The notes: generated from the sequence alone by a model not told the origin. A DNA stretch of 64,000 bases from Eledone cirrhosa (GCA_964016885.1 OZ024757.1:17174001-17238000), one strand, 5' to 3'. Shown: positions 1 to 13,079, counted from the first letter of the stretch. Translations and numbers: made by a program.

Positions 1-674
1 ACAGCTTTCTTTTGGTTCCGATAGTTGACTTGGGCATTCTAATGATGTTATAAACTTAACCAAAAATTCTTTTGACCTCTGAAATTAGGGGACCATCTTT
101 TGCAATCTTCTTTCCATATTATGTGAGATAATTATGTGAAGGAAAGACTTTACCACGAAAATATAATAGTAAATATGGAGTAATGTAAATGCTAAAGAGT
201 TAACATCAGTATGAGCGGCCAGTTACAGCCGGTTTGAACAGAAAGAGGTGAGAGAATTCTGGCCGGATATGGCCAGTTTAAATGCTAAATGGTTAAGGTA
301 TTGTTCTTAAAATAAATAACATCAAAATCTCATAGATTCAATATTATGTGAGATAAAGCCTTTACTGTGAAAATACAATAGTAAATATAGAGTAATGTAA
401 ATGCTAAAGGGTTAACATCAGTATGAGCGGCCGGTTACAGCTGGTTCCAACAGAAAGGGGTGAGAGAATTCTGGTCGGATATGGCCAGTTTAAATGCTAA
501 AGGGTTAAGGTATTATTCTCAAAATAGATAACATCAAAATCTCATAGATCTGATATTATGTGAGACAATTACCGCATTTCCTGGCGTCGAAGACGCTATG
601 TCTTTTCCTAAAATAAGTCTAAAAAAATCTACTATGCATCCTGGAGGCTGAAGGTTGTTTATTATTTTTTTCTA

Positions 675-864
675 GGGCGGTGGATTGGCAGTATCGGTAG
701 AGGGTCGGACGCCATGCTTTCCAGCATAGTTACGCCCCTTTACGATCTGAGTTCAAATCCCGCCGAGGTTGACTTTGTCTTTCATCCTTACGGGGTCGAT
801 AAAATAAAGTACCAGTAATGCACTGGGTAATTGCTGGCCTTGTGCCTAAAGTAGAAACAATTAT
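675..864 (+). mobile_element. tRNA-derived SINE family A
   Basis: A-box tggcagtatcgg, B-box gagttcaaatcc, central cctttcatccttacggggtcgataaaataaagtacc (resembles the Meta-type SINE central domain, from memory) and a short att tail. Many copies in the window. Confidence 0.85.
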
Positions 865-880
865 TTTTTTCTAATTTATT

Positions 881-1070
881 GGCGGTGGATTGGCAGTATC
901 GGTAGAGGGTCGGACGCCATGCTTTCCAGCATAGTTACGTCCCTTTATGATCTGAGTTCAAATCCCGCCGAGGTTGACTTTGCTTTTCATCCTTCCGGGG
1001 TCGATAAAATAAAGTACCAGTAATGCACTGGGTAATTGCTGGCCTTGTGCCTAAGGTAGAAACAATTATT
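881..1070 (+). mobile_element. tRNA-derived SINE family A
   Basis: Near-identical tandem copy of 675-864. Confidence 0.85.
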
Positions 1071-1217
1071 TTTTTCAAATTTTTGGTTGTCAAAATCAGG
1101 GGGCGCCATCGAGAACGAAGCATCTTCGGCGCTGGGAAATACGGTATGTAAAATAAAGCGTTTACCACAAAAATACAATAGTAAATAGAGAGTAATGTAA
1201 ATGTTAAAAAGGGTTAA

Positions 1218-1437
1218 CCCTTTAGCATTTACATTATTCTATATATACTATTATATTTTAACGGTAAAGGCTTTATCTCTCATAATTATCTCATATAATA
1301 TCGAATCTATGAAATTTGATATTATTTATTTTGAGAACAATACCTTAACATCAGTATGAGCGACCGGTTACAGCCGGTTTGAACAGAAAGAGGTGAGAGA
1401 ATTCTGGCCGGATATAGCTGGTTTAAATGCTAAAGGG
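1218..1437 (+). mobile_element. piggyBac-type MITE family 1, intact (about 220 bp)
   Basis: TTAA on both sides (1214-1217, 1438-1441), TIR ccctttagcattta / taaatgctaaaggg, and an internal TTAA. Confidence 0.85.
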
Positions 1438-1704
1438 TTAACAAACGATTAATAACTTATCCTTATGATACTTCCCTTCCAATAGCAATAGTTAAAAAGT
1501 TCAAATAGTTAGGGGTGGACGAGAAGATTTTGGTTCAGTTGTTTGTGTAAAAATTTCAAGAATGTCAGCATCTCTGACAATCTAAGGAATGTCAACCTCT
1601 CAGATTAATTTCGTCAACTGTTGAGCAATATATTTCTTTATTGTAAGTGAAATGTCACATAAGAACTAAACAGAATATTAGAAATATGTCAAAGCAGACT
1701 GGAC

Positions 1705-1806
1705 TGTTGTTGTTGTTGTTGTTGTTGTTGCTGTTGTTGATGTTGTTGTTAGTGATGTTGTTGTTGTTGTTGTTAGTGATGTTATTGTTGGTGTTGTTGT
1801 TGTTGT

Positions 1807-1838
<32 letters not shown>

Positions 1839-2055
1839 TCGTTAGTGTTGTTGTTGTTAGTGGTGTTGTTGTTGTTAGTGATGTTGTTGCAGTTGTTCTT
1901 GCTGTTGTTGTTGTTGTTGTTGGTGGTGGTGTTGTTACTATTGTTGTTGTTGTTGTCACAGCTGTTGTTGTTGTTGTTGTTGTTGTTGTTAGTGATGTTA
2001 TTGTTAGTGATGTTATTGTTAATGATGATGCTGGTAGTGGTGGTGATGGTGATGA
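1705..2055. repeat. (GTT)n-type trinucleotide low-complexity tract
   Basis: Seen directly; explains the poly-Leu and poly-Thr ORFs. Confidence 0.95.
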
Positions 2056-2319
2056 CTGCTCAAAATGACTTTGCTCAAAATGAATGGGACCCTCCAGTTG
2101 GTTACAGCCAGCTGAGCGATGTAGCCATCAACAGACTCTCACTTCAACCAACGGACCGAAGCAACAATACTCCCATTGGCACCCCAACAAAATGTTACTT
2201 CATGCTTCAACAGTATATATCATCTTTTGAACTCTCTGCACACACGCCTACACAATCATAAAACACAGCCTTGCTTTCCTGTGTTATCGTGAATGACCGC
2301 GTAGCAGGTTATACCTTAA

Positions 2320-2629
2320 CCCTTTAGCATTTACATTACTCTATATTTGCTATTGTATTTTCATTGTAAAGGCTTTACCTCACATAATTATCTCACATAA
2401 TATCAAATCTATGAGATTTTGATATTATTTATTTTGAGAACAATACCTTAACATCAGTATGAGTGGCCAGATATAGTTGCTTTGAGCAGAAAGAGGTGAG
2501 AAAATTCTGGCCATATATAACTGCTTTGAACAGAAAGAGGTGAGAAAATTCTGGCCATATATAACTGCTTTGAACAAAAAGAGGTGAGAAAATTCTAGCC
2601 AGATATAACCGGTTTAAATGCTAAAAGGG
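2320..2629 (+). mobile_element. piggyBac-type MITE family 1 with an internal triplication
   Basis: TTAA-ccctttagcatttac start; the segment gaacagaaagaggtgagaaaattctggcc occurs three times; degenerate right TIR. Confidence 0.8.
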
Positions 2630-2799
2630 TCAATAAAATTTATTTAGGTAGTCATCATGGTTTATTGGTACATAAAACACCTCATTATGAGTCGAACCAA
2701 CCTTATACATCACACCTATCATACTAAATATTTACAACCACGAACACACTGCCACACCACAATGAACGTAAATCATTGGACAACAGGTAAATAGCAGTA

Positions 2800-3220
2800 T
2801 CACATCAACAACACCAACATCACTGCCACCATACTAACAACAACAGCATCACTAACAACACCACCATACTAACAACAACAACAACACCATCATTAACAAC
2901 ACCACCATACTAACAACACCATCACTAACACCACCACCATCACAAACAACACCAGTACCATACTGACAACAACACCAACATCACTAACAACACCACCATC
3001 ATACTAACAACAACACCACCATCACTAACAACAACACCACCATACTAACAACACCACAAACAACACCTGTACCATACTAACAACAACACCAACATCACTA
3101 ACAACACCACCAACATACTAACAACAACACCACCATACTAACAACAACAACACCATCACTAACAAAACACCACCATACTAACAACAACACCAACATCACT
3201 AACAACACCCCCAACATCAA
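2800..3220. repeat. CAA/CAC-rich minisatellite
   Basis: Repeats of ccatactaacaacaacac / catcactaacaacac. Confidence 0.9.
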
Positions 3221-3240
3221 ATGTTTGGGGCCTCATAGGC

Positions 3241-3365
3241 CATCATAAGACAGGCCACATAGGATGTGGCTCATCATAAGACAGGCCACATAGGATGAGG
3301 CTTATCATAAGACAGGCCACATAGGATGAGGCTTATAAGACAGGCCACATACGATGTGGCTCATC
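3241..3365. repeat. About 31-bp tandem repeat (about 4 copies) with a small hairpin
   Basis: Unit catcataagacaggccacataggatgtggct; stem gccacat/atgtggc. Confidence 0.85.
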
Positions 3366-3399
3366 ATATACATGTGTGCGTGTGTATGGAGGGGGAATA

Positions 3400-3925
3400 T
3401 CAGGTGTAGTGTTGGCGAATCTCAGGAAGCATGGAGGTTTTAAAGGATGCAGTGTCCCAACAGCTAACAACTGATGCAGGTAGTTTGTTCCATGCTTCAG
3501 CAACTCTGAGCGTGAAAAAATATTTCAGAAAGTCATGGGAGCTTTGCTGTTTTCTGATTTTGTAATCATGTCCATGGGTGTTAGACACAGAATTCAAAAA
3601 GGTGCTCAGGGTTGTTGTTGGCAAGATGGTTAATCATTTTGTGGGTGTCTACCAAGTCAGTTGCCACGCGTCGGAGTTTAAATGTATCCACGCCCAGGAA
3701 AGCAAGACGTTTAGAGTATGGTAGATGTCTGATGGAGGGTATTCGTTTGGTTGCACATCTCTGAACAGTTGTCGGGATGTCAATATTCTGAGCAAGATTC
3801 CAGACTGATGATGCAAATTGTAAGTGTGGTCGTACCATAGCTATATACAGCTTTAAATATGATAGATAGCTGGAGAGCGGCTGACAAAGGTCTTACTGGG
3901 TGATACTAAGACACCCTCGGCCTTC
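3400..3925 (-). mobile_element. CR1-clade LINE, 3' fragment (frameshifted)
   Basis: Translated motifs VRPHLQFASSVW, VQRCATKRIP, YSKRLAFLG, GHDYKI and FFTLRVAEAWNKLP are typical of the CR1 ORF2 C-terminus. Confidence 0.85.
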
Positions 3926-4014
3926 TGCCTGAGAATTACATTGATGGTACATGCGTCTGTAGAATGCCCAACTACTTGGATTATAGTACAAGATGGAGTG
4001 TACCTGTAATTGAA

Positions 4015-4182
4015 AGGGTCAGTCTTGTCACATATTGTGTCTCACTGAATCTCCCTGAGAATTACGTTAATGGTACATATGTTTGCGGAATGCTCAGCCA
4101 CCTGTACGCTAATTCCCCGATCAGGCTGTTCCGTGTTTCGAACAACTGGAACACTCGTATCGGAACCAACAGAGGTCCAACT
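4015..4182 (+). mobile_element. 3' tail segment of SINE family B (tail type A)
   Basis: Matches 40795-40965 (ctgaatctccctgagaa...ggaatgctcagccac). Confidence 0.7.
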
Positions 4183-4279
4183 CACAAACGGATTAGTGAA
4201 GATGTAAATTTCTTGCCGAAGGTCGAGACGACTTCTCAATTCAGGGCTGCCAGTAGAAGGTAAGCAGTTATGTCCCTTC

Positions 4280-4441
4280 ATTTCTTGTTTTCTTCTCCCT
4301 CTCTTTCTCCTGCCTTACTCTCTCTCTTTCACACAACCTGTTTCTTTCTCTCTTTCTTTCCAGTCTTCTTTTTTTTTAAATATCTTTCTCCCAGCCTCTC
4401 ACTGTCTATATATCTATATCTTCCCACTCTGATTTATTTCA

Positions 4442-4481
<40 letters not shown>

Positions 4482-6521
4482 CATATACCACCTATTTATT
4501 CCAAATACACCTCCTCTATATTTTTCTATCATTTTCTTTCCTTCTTCCTCTCTCTATCAATATTTCTCCCACTTTATCATCTCTTCTCTCTCACTATTTC
4601 TTCTTTCTCTTACTATCACTCTCTCTCTCTCTCGCACCATTCATTTGTTGTTACCCATCTATCTTTTTTCTTTCTTTATGTCTTCCCTCACCTTCTCTTT
4701 ATTCTCACTGTATTTCTTTTTTTCTTACTTTCGTCCTCTCCTTTTCTTACTATTACCCTCTCTTTCTCTCTCTCTCGCACCTTCGATTTATTCTCTCCTC
4801 CTCATCCCACGACACTTTGCCAATATCTCTTCTATCTCTCACTACACCCCCTCTATATCTCTTTACTCCTTCTATTTCTCACTTACACTTCCCTCTAAAT
4901 CTATCCACTCCTTTTAATTCTTACCTACTTCTCTCTGTATATATCTATACTCCTTCTATTTCTCACTGACACTTTCCTCTATATATCTCTCTCTCTACTC
5001 CTTCTATCTCTCACTACCCCTCTCTATAAATCTCTCTACTCCTATTTTCCTTGCTCCTCCGCCTCTTTCACTAGATCACCTCCTACTTGCACTAACCTCC
5101 CACCACCGTAGTATATACACATACAATTCGCCATTTTGACTGACCCTGTCTGAATCTATTTGGTTTCCTCATTGAGGTATGTTGTCTACCCGTAAAAAAA
5201 CTTATATCTTCTGCTCCTTACTGTCAACCCGTTTTACACCCTTACGCTGGCCATTACACGTCTCTCCCAACTGCTAGACTTCCCACGATCTTCCAACGAA
5301 GCTAGCAGACGTTAAACAGACATGAAATATCCGTCCTGCTTTCTCTATCTATTTATCTTTCACTCTATCTCTCTTCCTATCTAGCTATCTCACCCTCTAT
5401 CTGTCTCTCTAGCTATCCCACCTTCTATCTTTATATCTATCTCATCCTCTATCAGCCTCTCTATCTATCTAGCCATGTATCTGTCTCTCTCTATCTATCT
5501 ATCTCACCTTCTATCTCTCTTTGTATCTCTCTCCTATGTCTCTCCCTCTATCTGTCTCTCTGTCCCTTAGTCTCTCTCATCGTCCATGTTTACTTATTTC
5601 TCTTATAGAAACGCGTCATCATTTTCGATCTGTGGACCTCTCTGTATAAATACATTATATATACAGTATGTATACATGTATAGATTTACATACACACACA
5701 TCATATATACATACACTATACACACTCATATATATATATATATATATACAAACACATATCTCTGTATATATATATATATAGTTTATAAATACAAACACTA
5801 TACATATATACGTGATAATGATATATGCTGTCTATATGTAATATGTACTATATATATATATATATATATGTATACACAGTGAACATACATTGAACATTAT
5901 TAATTATATATGTCTGTGTTTGATATACACTATATATATATATATATATGTACAGATTTGCCGTACTGTATTGATGTGTTATTTGTCATGGCGTATATAT
6001 GTTTTTTTTATATACATAGTGGACTGTATGCATATTTTAAAAATTTATATATTGATACGATACAAAGATGACTATATGTGTCATATATATATACACACAC
6101 ACACACTCACTTGTATGTGTATAAATATGGAAGCATAAATTATATATTTTATGTCATATTCGGGACTGTTCTACGTATTGTAATATTATATTAAGATGTT
6201 TATTTTGTCTTTGATTATATATATATATATACACACAGACACATCATTCAAATAATATATGTATGGTAATCCGCAATGGACTAGTATAGTCTCTCTCTAT
6301 ATACACATCTGTATGGTAGTATGTAATAGTCATTATATTGTGTTCTACATATTGTGTTGAAAATGTCTCCCACTCTCTCTCTCTCTATATATATTTATTT
6401 GTATATATATATATATATATATAGGTCTTCTAGAGATGGGTTAGATCTATATATATATTGTCTATAGGCCGTTTGATTTGACATGCCTTGTATAAACGAG
6501 TTCTATAATACACACACACAG

Positions 6522-6552
<31 letters not shown>

Positions 6553-6575
6553 TATATTATATAATACATACGCTC

Positions 6576-6638
<63 letters not shown>

Positions 6639-6970
6639 CGATCCAAATATATGTGTATACATATATAATTTCATATTTACATAATGCATTGAGCAATCCG
6701 TCTAATGTAGACAGACGGTGTATGTCGCACAAATTACCGTATATATATATATATATATACATACATACACTTAACACTGTTACATATTAATGTGCGCGTT
6801 TGTGTATGTGTATACAGATATATATCTGTGTATGTCTATATAGGTATTTATTTATATATATGTATGTGTATACAGATGTGTGTGTGTGTGTGTGTAGATA
6901 TATATATATATGTGTGTGTGTGTATAGATATCTATGTGTATATCTACATATATATATATATACACACGCG
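4280..6970. repeat. CT-rich, then TA/CA-rich low-complexity region with a unique island at about 5100-5340
   Basis: Seen directly. Confidence 0.85.
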
Positions 6971-7690
6971 CATAGAGTATGATTGGTTTTAAAGAAAGAT
7001 GGTATCACCATGGATTATGGATGGGTCGTAAAAAACCCATGGAATATTGAATTGTCACCATCAACCACAGCCAAGTCTGTTGATATGGATATCTGCTGAT
7101 ATCAGATGATATCGTCTCGTATCATCTTCTCTCCTGCTAATACTCTATTACAATAATTCGCTGCCGCCGCCACATTACATAAACAACACCACAAGCCATC
7201 CCACGACCATCACCACAGAAAAAAAATATACACACACACACACACAAACACACTGATTATCTATATTGCCGCCATCTCAGCTGCTCTACTACCTAATACT
7301 ACTACTACTATTAACAACCACTGCTACTACTATTACTACTACTACTACTGCTGCTACTAACAACTACTGCTGCTATTACTACTACTACTACTAACCATCA
7401 CCAATACTACTACTACTACTACTACTACGCAGCCTCGATCGTCTCTCCGAGTTAAATCTCAGATACATATTGAAAAGAGATGGTGTTGGTGGGGATGAGA
7501 TGTTGTAATCTTCATGCCTTTCCTCTATCTGTGTCAACTGATCTTTCTATTTTCATCCTCTCTCCCTCTATCTGCCCCCCTCTCTCTCTCATTCTCTCCC
7601 TTTCTTTCTATTCAACACAGACAAACGAACGATAAGGTATCCACCCCCTTTTTAAACGCTTTATCACACCACACATATATATTATACACG

Positions 7691-7722
<32 letters not shown>

Positions 7723-7795
7723 CATTATAACGTGCTGTAGTTTATATACACACATACGTACAAACATATATATACACACATATACATAGATACAA

Positions 7796-7864
<69 letters not shown>

Positions 7865-8432
7865 CATGTGTATATGGATGTACTGATGACGTTGTTAATA
7901 TAACATCGTTGTTAATAATGATTTCTTTAATACTACTACTACTACTAATAATAATAATTGTTACATTCATAAAAAATATGTTCGACGACAATATAGAAGA
8001 TGGCGATGTCGAAATGATGAGCGTGTGGTGATGTTCATTCATGTCTTTTACTGGGAAGACTTATCGTGTGGAAATGGAAGGACTGTTAGACTAGAAAGGA
8101 GCTTCACATTGTACTACTATTACAACTACTACTACCGCTATCACATGTTAGTATTCACACAATGACCATACAATTGGTGGTGGTAGTAGTAGTAGTAGTA
8201 TTAGTATAGTAGTTACTAGAAGAGGTTTCTCGTACCGGCACTATTGGAGGTGGTGGGGAGGAAGATAGGCGGATGTGTGTGTGTGTAAGTGTATCAGGAG
8301 TGTCCGTGTTGTAGTTGATTGAATTGAATCGAACTCCATAGTATAACTGGTATTGTTTGTTTGCTTTATCGAAGCTGCAGTTGTTGTTTAACGAAATAGT
8401 ACTGGATACTACACGACACCAACAACAAACGT

Positions 8433-8977
8433 TGAAGGTGCTTCGCTTAATGGTTAGGGTGTCGGATTGCCGATCATAAGAATGTCGTGGGTTCGATTCC
8501 TGTACTGAGTGCTACGTTGTTTTCTTGAGCAAGATATTTTCATTTCATGCTACTTTAGACACCCAGCCCACACTGTAAAGTGGTCGTGTAGGAGACACGA
8601 CAAAAAGCTCCGAGTCCACACTGTAAAGTGGTCATGTAGGTGTCATGACAAAAAGAACCGAGCCCACACTGTAAAGTGGTCATGCAGGTGTCACGACAAA
8701 AAGCACCCAGTACTCACTGTAAAGTGGTCGTATAGGTGACGCGACAAAAAGCACCCAGTACTCACTGTAAAGTGGTCGTATAGGTGACGCGACAAAAAGC
8801 ACCCAGTACTCACTGTAAATGTGGTTGGCGTTAGGAAGGGCATCCAGCCGTAGAAAACTAGCCAGAAACAGTCCTATATGAGCAAGGCACGATCACCCGA
8901 CCCAATTTACCTCATATGGGGCAAACCTGTCTAATCTATGCTAACGTAGAAGATAGACGTTAAACGATGATAATGAT
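8433..8977 (+). mobile_element. SINE B head fused to an RTE-related module, with about 48-bp internal repeats and a (TGA)n-type tail
   Basis: tRNA-like head (gcttaatggttagg...gggttcgattcc), cttgagcaaga core, repeats of cacccagtactcactgtaaagtggtcg, then ggcgttaggaagggcatccagccgtagaaa and the tail gacgttaaacgatgat. Confidence 0.75.
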
Positions 8978-9179
8978 AGGACTGAGGCCATTGTTATTAA
9001 ACTGACCCCTAAGAAATCTTCTGTGAGTTAATTCATATAGACATCTAAACCTACCTACACAGGTGTAAAATATCCATTTTCAATCAATAGTAATGATAAT
9101 TATGACACTAATTATAATATACTGCTAATTGTTTCTTACATGAGCAAGAGGGCATAAATTATTGGGATAGGGGTATGGG

Positions 9180-10625
9180 CAGGGGTGACAAATAATCCAT
9201 TGAAACAACCTCCAGTATTTTAGTTTATCTAGCCCCTCAAGTTGAATTTGGTGAGATTTGAACTCGGAATGTAAAGGGCAAGATGACTACTAGGCCACAT
9301 CACTAATACTAATAATAATTGTTTCTACTTTTGGCACAAGGCAAGCAATTTTCCCAGTGCATTACTGGTACTTTATTTTATCGACCCGTAAGGGTGAAAG
9401 ATCTCGGCGGGAATTGAACTCAGAACGTAAAGGGCTGTAATAATTGTTTCTACTTTAGGCACAAGGTCAGCAATTTGAAGGGGAGAGGAAAGTCGATTAT
9501 ATCAACCCCAGTACCTAGCTGCTACTTTATTTTATCAATCTTGAAAGGCAAAGTTGACCTCAACAGGATTTGAACTCACTTCATTAATAATGGTTTCTAC
9601 TTTAGGCACAAGGCCAGCAATTACCCAGTGTATTACTGGTACTTTATTTTATCGACCCCGTAAGGATGAAAGGCAAAGTCAACCTCGGCAGGATTTGAAC
9701 TCAGAATGGCAAGGGCCGTAACTCTATGCGTCAAAGTATGGTGTCCGACCCTCTACCGATACTGCCAATCCACCGCCCTTTTGTTGACCTCGACAGGATT
9801 TGAACTCACTTCATTAATAATGGTTTCTGATTTAGGCACAAGACCAGCAATAATTGTTTCTACTTTAGGCACAAGGCCAGCAATTATCCCAGCGCATTAC
9901 TAGTCCTTTATTTCATCGACTTCGTAAGGATGAAAGTCAAAGTTAACCTCTGCGGGATTTGAACTCAGACCGCAAAGGGCCGTAACTCTGCTGTAAAGCA
10001 TGACGTCCGACCCTTTACCGATACTGCCAATCCAATAATAACTGGCAATTTAAAGGGAAGTGGGAAAGCCAATTAAATTGGTCCTAGTGTTACTGGTATT
10101 TTATTTTATCAACCTCAAAAGGATAAAAGGCAAAGTTGGCCTCAGTGGATTTAAACCCAGAATGTAAAGAGCCCCAAACGTATTTTGTCTGATTCTCTAA
10201 TGATCATGCTAACCTACATCAATAATACTGGTTTATGATTCAGACAGAAGGCCAATAATTTGGGGGGAAAGGAAAGTTGATTAAATCCACGCCCCACCCC
10301 CAGTGCATTACTGGTACTTTATTTTATCAGCCCCGTAAGGATGAAAGGCAAAGCTAACCTCAACAAGATTTGAATTCGGAACATAAAGGGCCATAACTCT
10401 GTGCCATGAAGCATGTTGTTCAACACTGATACATCAGTAATAATTGTTTCTATTTTAGGCACAAGCCCAGCAATTTGAAGGGGGGGGGGGGAGTCGATTA
10501 AATTGACCCCAGTACTCAGTGGTGCTTTATTTTATTGACGCCGTAAGGATGAAAAGCAAAATTAGCCTCAGCAGGATTTGAACTCAGAATGTAACCATAT
10601 GCCGTGAAGCATGGTATCCATCAGT
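9180..10625 (-). mobile_element. Cluster of about 8 SINE A copies or fragments in the same orientation
   Basis: Recurrent ggatttgaactcag (reversed B-box) and ggtactttattttatcgacccc; near-full copies at about 9585-9779 and 9850-10033. Confidence 0.85.
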
Positions 10626-10759
10626 AATAATGATAACAGTGATGATGATGTTTTCTTAAGGAAGTCGTAGATGTATTTATTTACAAGATGAAAGGACAGG
10701 AAGCTATAGATTTCATATGTTAGACAATGTCTGTACAGAGCTGTTGTTATTTAGTACTA

Positions 10760-11980
10760 TGGTAGTGGTGTTGGTGATGGTGGTGGTATTGGTGGTGGTG
10801 ATGGTGAGGATTGTGATGTGTTCAAATCTTGCCGAAGCTAATGGTGATGTGATAGGTAGTTATGGTGGTGATGGTATGATGGTGGTGTTGGCAGTGGTGG
10901 TGATGGTGAGGGTTGTGATGTGTTCAAATCCTGCCGAAGCTAATGGTGATTTGATAGGTAGTTATGGTGGGGATGGTATGATGGTGGTGTTGGCAGTGGT
11001 GGTGATGGTGGTGATGGTGAGGATTGTGATGTGTTCAAATCCTGCCGAAGCTAATGGTGATGTGATAGGTCGTTATGGTGGTGTTTGGCAGTGGTGGCAT
11101 TGGTGGTGATGGTTGTGATGTGTTCAAATCCTGCTGAAGCTAATGGTGATTTGATAGGTAGTTATGGTGGTGTTGGCAGTGGTGGCATTGGTGGTATTGG
11201 TGATGGTGAGGATTGTGATGTGTTCAAATCCTGCCGAAGCTAATGGTGATGTGATAGGTAGTTATGGTGGTCATGGTATGATGGTGGTGTTTGGCAGTGG
11301 TGGCATTGGTGGTCATGGTGGTGATGGTGATGTGTTCAAATCCTACCGAAGCTAATGGTGATGTGATAGGTCGTTATGGTGGTCATGGTATGATGGTGGT
11401 GTTTGGCAGTGGTGGCATTGGGGGTGATGGTTGTGATGTGTTCAAATCCTGCCGAAGCTAATGGTGATGTGATAGGTAGTTATGGTGGTGTTGGCAGTGG
11501 TGGCTTTGGTGGTGGTGTGTTCAAATCCTGCCGAAGCTAATGGTGATGTGATAGGTAGTTATGGTGGTGTTGGCAGTGGTGGCTTTGGTGGTGGTGTGTT
11601 CAAATCCTGCCGAAGCTAATGGTGATGTGATTGGTCATGATGGTAGTTATGGTGATCACGATAGTTGTGATGTTGGCCACAATCCTGATGGTGGTGATGG
11701 TATGATGATGGTAATGGTGGTAATGAGTGTGGTGATGGTGATGATGGTGATGGTATGATGATGGTAGTGAGTGTGGTGATGGTAATGGTGGTGATGGTAT
11801 GATGGTGGTAATGATGGTGATGAATGTGGTGATGGTGATGAGTGTGATGATGGTGATGGTATGATGATGGTAGTGAGTGTGGTGATGGTAATGGTGGTGA
11901 TGAGTGTGATGGTGGTGGTGGTAATGAGTGGTGATGGTATGGTGATGATGGTTTGATGATGGTAATGGTAGTGAAGTGAT
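10760..11980. repeat. GGT/GAT-rich compound minisatellite with nine gttcaaatc(c/t)t(g/a)c(c/t)gaagctaa motifs
   Basis: Motif at about 10820, 10922, 11033, 11122, 11222, 11334, 11440, 11518 and 11598. Confidence 0.9.
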
Positions 11981-12211
11981 GATTGTGTGTGTGTGTGTAT
12001 TAGTGTATATAATGTTGATTATATATTAGTGTATATAATTTCGTCTCTATAATGATTATCTATTGGCAATGTGTGTGTAACCACACAGCCATGCCGGTAC
12101 CTATATATTACCCCACCCTACATACACACATACTTTGGTTTGTTATTGCTAAACAGGCCACATGTTCAAATTGTGGCAGTTACATAGTCAAGAACCAGTT
12201 GAATTGTTATT

Positions 12212-12866
12212 TTAACCCTTTTGGTGCCAAAGTGCTTAAAACCGACCCTGGTTTTACCATATGAAACTATTTGTTTTAAAGTGTTAATATTTCATCATAA
12301 TTTTCATTTTAGATTTTATGCTCCAAACACCAGTTCAATAATGACAAAGTCAGTTATATTATCAAATTCCTCTAAATTCTTGATTATTTTCAAAATTATT
12401 TGAAAACCACAGGCAGTGTCTTTCATTAGAAATATGGTAACAAAATAATTTAATCATGCTCCAAGCACCAACTTAACCCTTTAGCATTTACATTACTCTG
12501 TTTACTATTGTATTCTTTGAGATTTTGATATTATTTATTTTGAGAACAATACCTTAACATAAGTATAAGCAGTCAGTTATGGCTGGTTTGAACAGAAAAA
12601 GGTGAGAGAATTCTGGCTGGATATGGCTGGTTTAAAGGCTAAAGGGTTAATAATGAGAAAGTCAGTTATATTATGAAATTCTTCCAAATTCTTGATTATT
12701 TTCAAAATTATTTGAAAACCACAAGCAATGAAAAGGTTAGGCTCCAAACACCAGCTTCATAGTTTCAAAGTTAGTTATATTACATAAGTTCTCCAAATTC
12801 TTGACTATTTTCAAAACAATTTGAAAATCAGTGTCTTTCATTAAAAATATTGTGATGAAAGGTTTA
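12212..12866 (+). mobile_element. piggyBac-type MITE family 2 and partial tandem copies, with a family-1 MITE inserted at 12477-12646
   Basis: Starts ttaacccttttg; body aaattcttgattattttcaaaattatttgaaaacc. Related copies end ...aaaaggttaa at about 31972 and 40411. The inserted family-1 MITE is bounded by TTAA at 12473 and 12647. Confidence 0.65.
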
Positions 12867-12873
12867 AGTTTAA

Positions 12874-13079
12874 CCTTTTAGCATTTACATTATTCTATAT
12901 TTACTATTATATTTTCACGGTAAAGGCTTTACATCACATAATTATCCCACATAATATCAAATCTGAGATTTTGGTATTTATTTTGAGAACAATACCTTAA
13001 CATCAGTATGAGTGGCTAGTTACAGCCGTTTTGAGCAGAAAGAGGTGAGGGAATTCTGTCCGGTTTAAATGCTAAAGGG
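12874..13079 (+). mobile_element. piggyBac-type MITE family 1
   Basis: TTAA at 12870 and 13080; TIRs present. Confidence 0.85.

Larger units (their letters stand above)
572..1144. mobile_element. Tc1/mariner-type non-autonomous element with TA target duplication, carrying two SINEs
   Basis: Imperfect TIRs ccgcatttcctggcgtcgaagacgct / agcatcttcggcgctgggaaatacgg, with TA on both sides (570-571, 1145-1146). Uninterrupted MITE copies read ataatTAtgtga at this site. Confidence 0.75.
115..1217. mobile_element. Alternating half-copies of piggyBac-type MITE family 1 joined at TTAA (nested stack)
   Basis: Segments 115-199, 204-292, 297-411, 416-504 and 509-569+1147-1213 match the reverse-complemented left half or the forward right half of the intact MITE at 1218-1437. 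Junctions fall at TTAA (200, 293, 412, 505, 1214). Confidence 0.8.

Noticed and set aside
675-864. tRNA genes
   Set aside because: A/B boxes are present but there is no cloverleaf, and the sequence continues into a SINE body with many dispersed copies.
1647-2261. Poly-Leu ORF, and similar His/Thr/Gly/Val-rich ORFs at 23.3-25.1, 29.9-31.3 and 54-55.8 kb
   Set aside because: Trinucleotide-repeat translations that are open in several frames and on both strands.
10760-11640. Constant motif with variable spacers as a CRISPR array or a repeat protein (CSNPAEANGD)
   Set aside because: The spacers are related low-complexity GGT/GAT sequence, and the reading frame shifts between units.
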